Shown here piece by piece: positions 37,050 to 46,126 of a stretch of 64,000 nt of DNA; position 1 is the stretch's first letter; each line of letters starts with the position of its first letter. Origin of the DNA: a bacterium (lineage in GTDB: Bacteria; Actinomycetota; Acidimicrobiia; Spongiisociales; Spongiisociaceae); the NCBI GenBank assembly GCA_028821575.1, contig JAPPFW010000073.1:11434-75433 (forward strand), read 5' to 3'. The notes below the pieces were generated by a model. It was not told the DNA's origin. It made no database searches and worked only from the letters and a program-made list of their open reading frames with translations. Both the position numbers and the translations under genes were made by a program.

Positions 37050-37175
37050 TGCCGCTCCTCCCGGGCTGGCCTACCGCGCTATCTCATACGCGAACTGAGC
37101 GCTAGCAGGTAGCTCGCGTTTGACCTTAGTGCGCGGGTAGCTGGTCCGCCCCCCCAAAACGGGCTTTTTGTTTCA

Positions 37176-37198
37176 CGATACGGTACCGTTCCGCATCG
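37176..37198. promoter_or_regulatory. 23-bp imperfect palindrome CGATACGGTAC-C-GTTCCGCATCG (putative operator shared by divergent proVWX-2 and fhs)
   Basis: Exact copy of 31025-31047, with flanks also conserved (about 33 nt). Lies about 127 nt from the proV2 start and about 61 nt from the fhs start. Confidence 0.6.
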
Positions 37199-37258
37199 TA
37201 GTACACAGCGGGTTAGCATGGTCCTTTGAAAGTACCTAGAAGCTCTCGCGGAGTTGCT

Positions 37259-39028
37259 ATGAGCGTCACCGCCGGTTTTCCCTCCGATCTGGAGATCGCG
37301 CAAGCCGCCACCCCTAGACCCATCGCCGAGATCGCCGACGCGATCGGCATCCGACCCGACGAGTTGATTCCGTACGGCTCCACCAAGGCCAAGGTCCACT
37401 TGGACATCCTCAAACGAGTTAGGAGTCGTCCGAGGGGCAAGTACGTGGATGTTACGGCTGTCACGCCCACCCCTCTCGGTGAGGGAAAGACCACCACGAC
37501 CATAGGCCTGGTGCAGGGTTTGGGCCTCCTGGGGAAGCGGCCCATCGCCACCATCCGGCAACCCTCCATGGGTCCCACCTTCGGGATCAAGGGGGGCGCG
37601 GCCGGAGGTGGTCACAGCCAAGTCATTCCCATGGATGAGTTCAACCTGCACCTCACGGGCGACATGCACGCGATCAGCGTCGCCCACAACCTGGTGGCTG
37701 CCGCCATCGACGCTCGCTGGTATCACGAGCGGAGACTCACCGACGGTCAGTTGGAGGCGCTCGGCATCGACCGGGTGAACATAGACATCTACCAGACCCG
37801 CTGGCGCCGGGTGGTAGATGTCAACGATCGGGCTCTACGCAACGTCGTCGTGGGGTTGGGTGGTCGATTCGACGGTCGGCCGCGGGAGACCGGCTACGAC
37901 ATCACGGTGGCCTCGGAGCTGATGGCGATACTGGCCCTCACCGACGGCGCCGACTATGCCTCGGCGCTGCGGAACCTGCGGCGCCGCTGCGCTCGGGTGG
38001 TCATTGGCAATGACCAGAGTGGTAGACCCATCACTCTGGAGGATCTCGGGGTCGCCGGAGCGGTGACGGTCCTGATGCGGGACACCCTGCACCCGACCTT
38101 GATGCAGACCCTCGAGGGCCAGGCTGCCTTCGTGCACGCCGGACCCTTCGCCAACATCGCGCACGGCAATTCCTCGATCCTGGCCGACCGGGTCGCCCTG
38201 CAACTGGGCGACTACGTGATCACCGAGTCCGGATTCGGTTCTGACATGGGAATGGAGAAGTTCTTCGACATCAAGTGCCGCGTCTCCGGACTGGTTCCCG
38301 ACGCGGTGGTGATGGTGGCAACCATCCGGGCCTTGAAGACGCACGGTGGTGGTCCCAAAGTGGTTCCGGGCCGGCCCCTCGCCGAAGCGTATACCGGCGA
38401 GAATCTGCCGTTGCTCGAGGCGGGCCTCACGAACCTGGCTGCACACATCGACGGCGCTCGCCGATTCGGTGTCCGGGTGGTGGTGGTCGTCAACGCGTTC
38501 CCCACCGATACCGCCAACGAGATCGAGACCGTAAGGAGGGCCGCGCTCGATGCGGGCGCGGCCGCGGCGGTTACCTCCACCCACTGGGCCGATGGGGGTA
38601 GGGGAGCGACCGAGCTTGCACGAGCTGTCATCGACGCTTGCGAGGAGCCCACCGACTTCCGGTTCCTCTACCCGCTTGAGGAGTCGATCAAGGGCAAGAT
38701 CGAAGCCATTGCCACCCGGCTCTACGGTGCCGATGGGGTGGAGTATTCGCCGAGGGCCGAGCGTGACATAGCCGGTTACGAGAAGGACGGCTACGGCAAC
38801 CTGCCTGTATGCATGGCGAAGACCCCGCTCTCGCTCTCCCACGATCCAAACCTGAAAGGCCGGCCCACCGGGTTCCGCCTTCCTGTTCGCGAGGTGCGTG
38901 CATCGGTGGGCGCCGGGTTCCTGGTTCCCATCCTCGGGGCGATCAACACCATGCCGGGCCTAGGCACCAAGCCTGCCTACATGAACGTCGACATCGACGA
39001 GGACGGCAAGATTGTCGGGTTGTTCTGA
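37259..39028 (+). CDS. fhs: formate--tetrahydrofolate ligase
   Basis: N-terminus MSVTAGFPSDLEIAQAA... and the nucleotide-binding motif TPTPLGEGKTTTTIGL are canonical FTHFS. The ATG at 37259 is preferred over the tracked 37226 by alignment, from memory, with Moorella FTHFS. Confidence 0.9.
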   Translation: MSVTAGFPSDLEIAQAATPRPIAEIADAIGIRPDELIPYGSTKAKVHLDILKRVRSRPRGKYVDVTAVTPTPLGEGKTTTTIGLVQGLGLLGKRPIATIRQPSMGPTFGIKGGAAGGGHSQVIPMDEFNLHLTGDMHAISVAHNLVAAAIDARWYHERRLTDGQLEALGIDRVNIDIYQTRWRRVVDVNDRALRNVVVGLGGRFDGRPRETGYDITVASELMAILALTDGADYASALRNLRRRCARVVIGNDQSGRPITLEDLGVAGAVTVLMRDTLHPTLMQTLEGQAAFVHAGPFANIAHGNSSILADRVALQLGDYVITESGFGSDMGMEKFFDIKCRVSGLVPDAVVMVATIRALKTHGGGPKVVPGRPLAEAYTGENLPLLEAGLTNLAAHIDGARRFGVRVVVVVNAFPTDTANEIETVRRAALDAGAAAAVTSTHWADGGRGATELARAVIDACEEPTDFRFLYPLEESIKGKIEAIATRLYGADGVEYSPRAERDIAGYEKDGYGNLPVCMAKTPLSLSHDPNLKGRPTGFRLPVREVRASVGAGFLVPILGAINTMPGLGTKPAYMNVDIDEDGKIVGLF

Positions 39029-39437
39029 CGCGTCCGCCCTAGCCCCAGGTGAATCGGTCGTATCGATCCGGTATCTGGTGGTCGACTGCATCGACCTCGA
39101 TCGGTCCGCCGGGTTCTGGGGTCCGCTGCTCGGCTTGGCGCCCGAGCGGCGGCTCGACAACTACCTGTTCATGGGCTCGGCGCTTCCGGGGTGCGAGTTG
39201 GTCCTGCAGCGCGTGGACCGGGTGACGGCGGACAAGAGCCCCATCCACTTCGATGTCCAGGGGTCCAATACGGAGGATTTCGACAAGATCGTGGCCCGAG
39301 CGGAGCGGCTCGGTGGCAAAATCGTGGCAACGGTTACCGAGGACGAGTACGAATTGGCTGTCATGGCCGATCCCGACGGCAACGAGTTCTGCGTGAACCG
39401 GGTGCCGTCGGGCCTTCCCGTCGACCGGGATGCGTAG
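39012..39437 (+). CDS. VOC/glyoxalase-family protein
   Basis: About 140 aa. IRYLVVDCIDLDRSAGFWGPLLGL...ADPDGNEFCV is a typical glyoxalase/bleomycin-resistance fold signature. The start is uncertain: TTG at 39012 overlaps the fhs end, and there is no in-frame ATG. Confidence 0.6.
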   Translation: MSGCSDASALAPGESVVSIRYLVVDCIDLDRSAGFWGPLLGLAPERRLDNYLFMGSALPGCELVLQRVDRVTADKSPIHFDVQGSNTEDFDKIVARAERLGGKIVATVTEDEYELAVMADPDGNEFCVNRVPSGLPVDRDA

Positions 39438-39484
39438 TCGACGGAGTACAAACGCTCACGAGAGCGAGGAAAGGAGGTGATCGA

Positions 39485-41368
39485 ATGCCGAAAGTAAAGC
39501 TTCCCCGCCTTACCACCCCGTACGTGAGGCGTAATGGCGAGTTGGTGCCGACCGACTGGGACGAAGCGCTGACCGTCGCCGCGTCCGGGCTTGCTGCTCA
39601 CGCCGGACGTTCGTACGGGATGTTCTCGTGTTCAAAGGCGACCAACGAGATGAACTTCCTCGCCCAGAAGTTCTCGCGATTGGTGATGGGGTCCAACAAC
39701 ATCGACTCGTGCAACCGCACCTGACACGCTCCCTCCGTCGCCGGTCTGGCGGCAGTGCTGGGAGTAGGAGGGGGGACATCCTCCTACCAGGAAATCGAGA
39801 CCACCGACGCGATCCTCCTATGGGGATCCAACGCACGCGAGGCGCACCCGATCTTCTTCCACCACCTCATGAAGGGAGTACGCAACGGCGCCACCCTGTA
39901 CACGGTCGATCCCCGACGGACCACTTCTGCCATGTGGGCGGATGTCTGGCTGGGCATCGACGTGGGTTCCGACATAGCGCTGGCCAACACCCTCGGGCGG
40001 GAGATCATCGTCTCCGGACTGCACAACCGGGCCTTCATCGACCATGCCACCTTCGGCTTCGACGACTACGCCGAGGCAGTTGAACCCTGGACTCTGGAGC
40101 GGGGCGCCGAGGTCACCGGCGTTCCGGCCGCGGTCATCCGCCGGATGGCTCACGACTACGCAACCGCTGAGCAGGCGCAGATATGTTGGACCCTGGGGAT
40201 CACGGAGCACCACAACGCAACCGACAACGTCCTGGCGCTTATCAACCTGGCGCTGCTTACGGGCCATGTGGGCCGTTACGGCTCGGGCCTGGTGCCGATC
40301 AGAGGCCAGAACAACGTCCAGGGCGGGGGTGACATGGGCGCATTGCCCAACAAGCTTCCGGGCTTCCAGGATGTCGCCGACCCAGTCTCAAGAGGCAAGT
40401 TCGAGGCGCTCTGGGGCAGGTCCGTACCCCAACAACCGGGCAAGCACATCTCCTTGATGCTCGAGGCCATGGAGACCGGGGAGATCACCGCGCTATACGT
40501 GATCGGCGAGAACCCGGCCCAGTCCGAGGCCCGGTCCGACCATGTGCGAGGGATCCTGTCGGGGCTCGAATTCATGCTCGTCCAGGACATGTTCATGACG
40601 AGGACCGCCGAGTTGGCCGACGTGGTGTTTCCCGCCGCGGCCGGATGGGCGGAGTCGGAGGGCACGGTCACCTCATCGGAGAGGCGGGTTCAGCGAGTTC
40701 GTAAGGCGCTCGACCCCCCCGGATCCGCCAGGGACGATCTCGACATCATCTCGGCCCTCGCTGACCAGATGGGCCACGGCTGGGGATACCCGACCGCCGA
40801 GGAGTTGTGGGACGAGTTGAGAAGCCTCTCACCGCTGCACGCAGGCATGTCGTACCGGCGTCTGGATGAGTCGGGTGGTCTTCAGTGGCCCTGTCCGGAC
40901 GAGGATCATCCGGGGACCCTGTTCCTCCATGGCGGCCTCTGGGAGGACCCCATGCCCCGCGATCAGGTCCCGTTCATGCCCACCCCGTGGGTCCCGCCGG
41001 TTGACGAGTTGACAGACGACTATCCGATCCGGCTCACCACAGGTCGCCGTCTCGACTCCTACAACACCGGCGTCCAGTCCGGCGGGTACGGCTCCCCGCT
41101 GCGCGCCAAGGTGGCCGTCGAGGTCGCTCCGGAAGACGGTGCGACCCTCGGGTTGTCGGAGGGTCAGCAGGTCAGCGTCACCTCACGGCGGGGATCGATC
41201 GACGTACCTGTGTACTTCCACCGCTCACTCCGGCCTGGCTTGGCCTTCATGGCCGTGCACGATCCCGACGAAGCCGATGTGAACCTGCTAACTGTCGATG
41301 TCTGGGATCCAAAGTCGGGCACGGCGGAGTTCAAGGCAACTGCGGTCCGCATCGGACCCGTGGTCTAG
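39485..41368 (+). CDS. fdhA: formate dehydrogenase catalytic (molybdopterin) subunit, selenocysteine-containing (TGA at 39722-39724 read as Sec), lacking the N-terminal Fe-S part
   Basis: ATG at 39485 preceded by AAAGGAGGTGA. ...NNIDSCNRT-TGA-HAPSVAGL... is colinear with E. coli FdhF ...NNVDCCARV-U-HGPSVAGL... The downstream ORF 39755-41368 is in the same frame (offset 33 nt) and continues the MopB fold (RGQNNVQGGGDMGALP). A SECIS-like hairpin follows the TGA. Confidence 0.85.
39725..39764 (+). other. bacterial SECIS-like hairpin immediately 3' of the in-frame UGA
   Basis: Upper stem GUCGCC (39737-39742) pairs with GGCGGC (39748-39753) with one G-U. Apical loop GGUCU (39743-39747). Lower stem CUCCC (39729-33) pairs with GGGAG (39760-64). 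Same codon register (V-A-G-L) and same GGUCU apex as the E. coli fdhF SECIS as I recall it, with compensatory changes in both stem arms. Confidence 0.7.
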
Positions 41369-41406
41369 TGGTCTGGTAGTAGGAGGACCTCATCGACCTG
41401 CGTCTG

Positions 41407-43188
41407 ATGTCCGCGGTGCCGACCCCTGCCGAAAGGGAGGCGGTGGATGACCTGCTCGGACCTCCCGGCTCGTCGTGGGAGGGTGGCACGATCCGGTCCG
41501 GGGATCTCCGTGTCGCCTTCGGCGGTTACCGGCGCTCGGTCGAGAACCGCCACATGCTGCTACCGGCACTACACGCCGTGCAGGCCCGGGTCGGGTGGAT
41601 AAGCAAGGGCGCCCTTAACTACGTGTGCGAACGCCTGGGCGTTCCCCCCGCCGAGGCGTACGGAGTAGCGGGCTTCTACGCACTGCTGGCCCTCGAGGAG
41701 CGTCCTCCCAGGGTGGCCCATGTGTGTGATGACGTGGCCTGTGGCCCCGTCGGCGGAGTGGCCATGCTCGAGGAACTGGGAGACCGTCCGGATGTTCATG
41801 CGAGCCCCTGTCTGGGACAGTGTGATCGGGCGCCGGCGGTGTTCGTCCAGCGGGCCCCAGAGGGGGATACCGTTCTCGTAGGGGCGACACCCGACCAGGT
41901 CATGGAGGCGTTGGGAGGTGATGCTCCGCACCAACCGGAGGTGGCGGTACCGCAGTCGGGGGACCCCTCCCTTCGCTTGCTCCGCCGGGTCGGTGTGGTC
42001 AACCCGACCTCTCTGGACGAATACCGAGCTACCGGCGGGTACCAAGCCCTGCGCAAGGCCTTGGAGCTTGGTTCCGATGGGGTCATTGCCGAGATAAGGA
42101 CGGCCAACCTGCGGGGGCGGGGGGGTGCGGCCTTCCCGATGGGCATCAAGTGGGACGGAGTCGCCCGCTCCCCGGTGAATCCCCGCTACCTCATCTGCAA
42201 CGCGGACGAGTCCGAGCCGGGAACCTTCAAGGATCGGGTGCTGATGGAAGGTGATCCATTCGCACTGATCGAGTCGATGACCATTGCCGGCTTGACGATC
42301 GGTGCGGAGCTTGGCTTCCTCTACATCCGTGCCGAGTACCCCCTGGCCATGGCCTGTCTCGAAGAGGCCGCCGCCGCGGCGCGTGCTGCGGGTCTGCTGG
42401 GTGAGGACGTGGCCGGTTCGGGCCGGTCGTTCGATATCGAGATTCGCCGCGGGGGTGGCGCGTACATTTGCGGCGAGGAGACCGCCCTGATGAACTCGAT
42501 CGAGGGTAAGCGGGGCGAGCCCCGCAACAAGCCGCCTTTCCCCACCCAGGTCGGCCTCTTCGGACGCCCGACGGTGATCAACAACGTGGAGACGCTGGTC
42601 AACGTGCTCGACATCGTGCTCACAGGGGGCGATGCCTTCGCAAGGATCGGGACCGCGGAGTCGACCGGACCGAAGCTGTTCTGCCTGGCGGGAGCCGTGG
42701 CGCGGCCCGGCGTCTACGAGGTGGACTTCGGAGAGACGCTGGGTGGTCTGATCGAACTGGCCGGAGGGATCACCGGGACGGGAGAACTCGGCGCGGTGAT
42801 GCTGGGAGGAGCGGCCGGGGTCTTCGTGGGGGAGGAGCATCTCGACATGCCCCTTACATTCGAGGACTCCCGGGTCCGCAACGCCACCCTTGGTTCCGGC
42901 GTGATCCTTGTCTTCGACCATGCCACCGACTTCCGCTCTGTAGCCCGCCGGATCGCCCGATTCTTCCGGGACGAGTCGTGCGGTCAGTGCGTACCGTGCC
43001 GGGTCGGTACGGTACGCCAGGAGGAGTTGCTGGCCCGGCACCTGGGCGGCGGGCCGTTCGAGGAGGAACTCTTCGATGATATAGCCCGGGTGATGATGGA
43101 CGCTTCCATTTGCGGGCTCGGGCACACCGCCTCGACCGCCATCCGGTCGGCGGTCGACCTGGGGCTGTTGGGGAACGGTCATGGCTGA
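41407..43188 (+). CDS. NAD-reducing diaphorase subunit: NuoE-like [2Fe-2S] domain fused to NuoF-like FMN/NAD/[4Fe-4S] domain (FdsG-FdsB type)
   Basis: 593 aa. N-terminal thioredoxin-like 2Fe-2S part (CDDVAC...CLGQCDRAP). Then GRGGAAFP, GGGAYICGEETAL and ESCGQCVPCR motifs typical of NuoF/HoxF. Confidence 0.85.
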   Translation: MSAVPTPAEREAVDDLLGPPGSSWEGGTIRSGDLRVAFGGYRRSVENRHMLLPALHAVQARVGWISKGALNYVCERLGVPPAEAYGVAGFYALLALEERPPRVAHVCDDVACGPVGGVAMLEELGDRPDVHASPCLGQCDRAPAVFVQRAPEGDTVLVGATPDQVMEALGGDAPHQPEVAVPQSGDPSLRLLRRVGVVNPTSLDEYRATGGYQALRKALELGSDGVIAEIRTANLRGRGGAAFPMGIKWDGVARSPVNPRYLICNADESEPGTFKDRVLMEGDPFALIESMTIAGLTIGAELGFLYIRAEYPLAMACLEEAAAAARAAGLLGEDVAGSGRSFDIEIRRGGGAYICGEETALMNSIEGKRGEPRNKPPFPTQVGLFGRPTVINNVETLVNVLDIVLTGGDAFARIGTAESTGPKLFCLAGAVARPGVYEVDFGETLGGLIELAGGITGTGELGAVMLGGAAGVFVGEEHLDMPLTFEDSRVRNATLGSGVILVFDHATDFRSVARRIARFFRDESCGQCVPCRVGTVRQEELLARHLGGGPFEEELFDDIARVMMDASICGLGHTASTAIRSAVDLGLLGNGHG

Positions 43189-44164
43189 AGTCACGCTCAG
43201 CATCGACGGGCGCCCTGTGTCGGTACCGCCCGGGTCCACCATCCTCGATGCCTGCCGGGCGATGGGCAGCGATCAACCCACCCTGTGCTACCTCGACAAC
43301 CTCACGCCGGTCAACGTATGCCGCGTGTGCGTGGTGGAGGTGGAGGGAAGCCGCATCCTCGTCCCGTCCTGCAGCCGGATGGCCGAGCAGGGAATGGTCG
43401 TGTCCACGGACACCGAGCGGGTGCGCCACTCCCGGAGGATGGTCTACGAGTTTCTCGCTTCGTCGGTGGATCTCGGTCTGGTAGACGAGCCGACCGTTCG
43501 GTGGATGACCGAATACGGGTGCGATGCGGATCGCTACGGATCTCCGGCGGAGCCGGTGGAGGATCGTGACCAACGGGTGGCCGGTCATCATCACGTGGGT
43601 GACGGGGCCGAGGCCGAGACAGTTCACCAGCCGGTCAAGGTGGACAACGAACTGTACGTGCGGGACTACTCCCGGTGCATCCTCTGCTACAAGTGCGTCG
43701 AGGCCTGTGGCGAGGACGCCCAGAACACCTTCGCCATAGCGGTGGCGGGCCGCGGCTTCGATGCCCGGATCTCAACCGAGTACGACACAGGGTTGACCGA
43801 GTCGGCCTGCGTGTTCTGTGGCAACTGCATCGGTGTCTGCCCCACCGGCGCATTGATGTTCCGGAGCGAATTCGAATTGCGCCGAGCCGGCCTGTGGAAG
43901 GAGGACCGCCAGGCCGTCACGCGCACCGTCTGCTCCTACTGCGGCGTCGGGTGCAACCTGGAACTGCACGTCCAGGACAACCGGATAGTGAAGGTGACCT
44001 CACCGATCGACCACTCGGTGACGTCCGGCCACCTGTGCATCAAGGGCCGTTTCGGCTACGAGTACGTCCAGGAACTGGGGGACCTCGCGGTTACTCCCAT
44101 CGACGAGGTCCTCAGGAGGGCGCGGGTCGCCGACTCGGGAAAGTCGGGGCGCGACACCGGATGA
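43181..44164 (+). CDS. Fe-S subunit equal to the N-terminal part of a NuoG/FdsA-type formate dehydrogenase alpha chain, ending with the MopB Fe4S4 sub-domain
   Basis: 327 aa. 2Fe-2S ferredoxin start (LSIDGRPVSVPPGSTILDA...C..L..V..CRVCVVEV), two 4Fe-4S ferredoxin motifs (CILCYKCVEAC, CVFCGNCIGVCP), then TVCSYCGVGCNLELHV...GHLCIKGRFGY. That last stretch aligns with the first roughly 60 residues of E. coli FdhF. Confidence 0.85.
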   Translation: MAEVTLSIDGRPVSVPPGSTILDACRAMGSDQPTLCYLDNLTPVNVCRVCVVEVEGSRILVPSCSRMAEQGMVVSTDTERVRHSRRMVYEFLASSVDLGLVDEPTVRWMTEYGCDADRYGSPAEPVEDRDQRVAGHHHVGDGAEAETVHQPVKVDNELYVRDYSRCILCYKCVEACGEDAQNTFAIAVAGRGFDARISTEYDTGLTESACVFCGNCIGVCPTGALMFRSEFELRRAGLWKEDRQAVTRTVCSYCGVGCNLELHVQDNRIVKVTSPIDHSVTSGHLCIKGRFGYEYVQELGDLAVTPIDEVLRRARVADSGKSGRDTG

Positions 44165-44206
44165 GCACGCCCCGTCCGCCATCCCCCGGCTCAGGCCTCA
44201 CTGCCG

Positions 44207-45544
44207 GTGCCCGCAGCCAGTGCGGGTCTTGACACTCACCTACCAGATTCCATCCCGCTGATGCTCCGCTCGGGGCGGTTCCCTTCCGCGTCGGCGGACG
44301 AGCAGTTAATCCCTCCTGCAGCCGCCGTGGCGCTGTTCGGGGTTGTCATCGTGGTCACGCACGGCATGGGCAACAGCCTCGTCCCGGCCTTGCTACCGCG
44401 GATCTCGGAGTCCTTCCAGGCGGGATACGGCGTTCTCGGGCTGACCGTTGCCGCCGGCCTTCTCTCCTACGGCGCGGGGGCGGTGGTCGGGATAAGGGTC
44501 GTAGACCGAGTCCCTTCACGGGGCTTGCTCGTGCTGTGCCTACTAGTCTGCGGCGCCGGGCTGCTGGCCGTCTCGGTGTCCGGGTCGCCGGCAACGATGG
44601 CTGTATGCGCCGTAGTCATCGGCTTGTCCTCGCCCATCAGTTGGTCCGTTTCCGTCTACCTCATCAGCCGGGTGGTCCGATCCGGTGCCCACGGCAGGGT
44701 GCTGGCCGTTGCCGCGGCCGGCGCCGGGGTGGGCAACGGCGTGAACGGTGTCTTCGTGCAGCTACTGACCGCGCCGGACCAGTGGAGGTGGGCCTTCGTG
44801 ATCGCAGGAGGCTTGGCGGTCGGCGCGGCGGTTGCGACACGGCTGGTTCTCAGGCACCCGATCGAGCCGCCGTCGAGGGTCGATGCCGGCCGGCAGCGTC
44901 GGATCTGGCGGCGGATATGGTCGGTACCCGCCGGTCGGCTCGTGCTCGGCTTGAGCATGGTGGCGGGCATCGGGACGTTCACGTTCGGCGGCTACATCTC
45001 CGAGATTGCGCTCGACGAACTTTCGGTGAGTTCCCCGGCGGCTGCCGTCCCGTGGTGGCTGGCCTCGGGGGTCGGAGTGTCGGCGGCCTTTCTGGCAGGT
45101 CTGAAGAGCGACCGGGGTTCCCCGGTCGGCGTCATGTCGATCACATCCCTCACCTACGCCGCCGCACTGACGGTACTGGCGCTCACCTGGTCCTACCCGG
45201 CTCTCTTGATAGCCACCTTCGGGTTCGCCGTGTTCAACTTCCCGATCTGGGGACTGTTCGGGCTGGTCGCCCACCGGGGTCTCCCACCGGAGTTGGCGGT
45301 CCGGTCCGTGTCGGGGGGTCTGGCCCTGGGTGCTTGCTCGGCGATGTGCGGTGTAACCGCAGCCGGATGGTGGATCGATCGGACCGGTAGCTTTCGCGGG
45401 CCTGCGATCCTGCTGGCAGTGATGATCGCGACTGTCGCGATATGGCTGGGTTCCAAGTACCGGACCGAATCGACGCCCCACTCGCAAGATCCTGCGAGAG
45501 GTGGCGACAAACCTGCTTACATCATCGATGGTGGCACCGGATAA
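44207..45544 (+). CDS. MFS transporter
   Basis: 445-aa ORF with about 12 hydrophobic segments. Start uncertain (an alternative ATG at 44261 gives MLRSGRF...). Substrate unknown. Its position after the FDH genes makes formate or oxalate-type transport only a guess. Confidence 0.7.
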   Translation: MPAASAGLDTHLPDSIPLMLRSGRFPSASADEQLIPPAAAVALFGVVIVVTHGMGNSLVPALLPRISESFQAGYGVLGLTVAAGLLSYGAGAVVGIRVVDRVPSRGLLVLCLLVCGAGLLAVSVSGSPATMAVCAVVIGLSSPISWSVSVYLISRVVRSGAHGRVLAVAAAGAGVGNGVNGVFVQLLTAPDQWRWAFVIAGGLAVGAAVATRLVLRHPIEPPSRVDAGRQRRIWRRIWSVPAGRLVLGLSMVAGIGTFTFGGYISEIALDELSVSSPAAAVPWWLASGVGVSAAFLAGLKSDRGSPVGVMSITSLTYAAALTVLALTWSYPALLIATFGFAVFNFPIWGLFGLVAHRGLPPELAVRSVSGGLALGACSAMCGVTAAGWWIDRTGSFRGPAILLAVMIATVAIWLGSKYRTESTPHSQDPARGGDKPAYIIDGGTG

Positions 45545-45547
45545 CAG

Positions 45548-45563
45548 CAACTGACCACTGACC
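45548..45563. repeat. 16-mer CAACTGACCACTGACC (tandem CTGACCA-type heptads), copy 1
   Basis: Exact reverse complement occurs at 54418-54433. A related ACTGACTACTGACCAC is at 5085-5100. All three sit directly after stop codons of convergent gene pairs. Confidence 0.7.
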
Positions 45564-46126
45564 TATTTACTCTTCTTCTCGAGGGTGATAACCAGCTTCC
45601 GGACGAGGTCCAGGAGGATGTCGTGCTCTTTGGGATCCAGATGTCTTGTGATCCTCTCGTCCGCCTCGATCGCCGCGCTGAGGAGTTCCTCTCTCAGAAT
45701 GCATGCTTCATCCGTCAGGCTCAGGTGCACGACTCGACGGTCCTCTTTGTTGCGATGCCTGTTCAACAGCCCCTTTTTGTACAGGTTGTCCACTTGGCGG
45801 CTTATCACGGAGGGGTCGTAGTGGGCGAGTTTTGCGATGGATCCGGCGGTGTTCGCTTCCCGTCGGAAGCACATGTCAAGGATGATGAATTGGCTCTCGC
45901 TGATTCCGAACTCCTTGAGCGACTGTTTCATACTTCTGAGGATCGCCGCTTCCAGGAGGATGACCCAGTACGAGAGCACCCTCGGGCGATGGATCATTCC
46001 CACTTCCGGCTTGTCTTCCGGCATCTCCTCGCTCAACAATCTTCGGGGCGGCATTCCAAGACCAGAGATACATGCAAATGCATCTTCTTTCGAGACTAGA
46101 ATAGTTGGTTCCAGGGCCGCTATCAA
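45563..46126 (-). CDS. MarR-family transcriptional regulator (low-GC gene)
   Basis: Winged-HTH core ...FGISESQFIILDMCFRREANTAGSIAKLAHYDPSVISRQVDNLYKKGLLNRHRNKEDRRVVHLSLT. The true start is probably an internal ATG (46024 or 45997). The gene is visibly AT-richer than all its neighbours. Confidence 0.75.
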   Translation of the reverse strand: MIAALEPTILVSKEDAFACISGLGMPPRRLLSEEMPEDKPEVGMIHRPRVLSYWVILLEAAILRSMKQSLKEFGISESQFIILDMCFRREANTAGSIAKLAHYDPSVISRQVDNLYKKGLLNRHRNKEDRRVVHLSLTDEACILREELLSAAIEADERITRHLDPKEHDILLDLVRKLVITLEKKSK

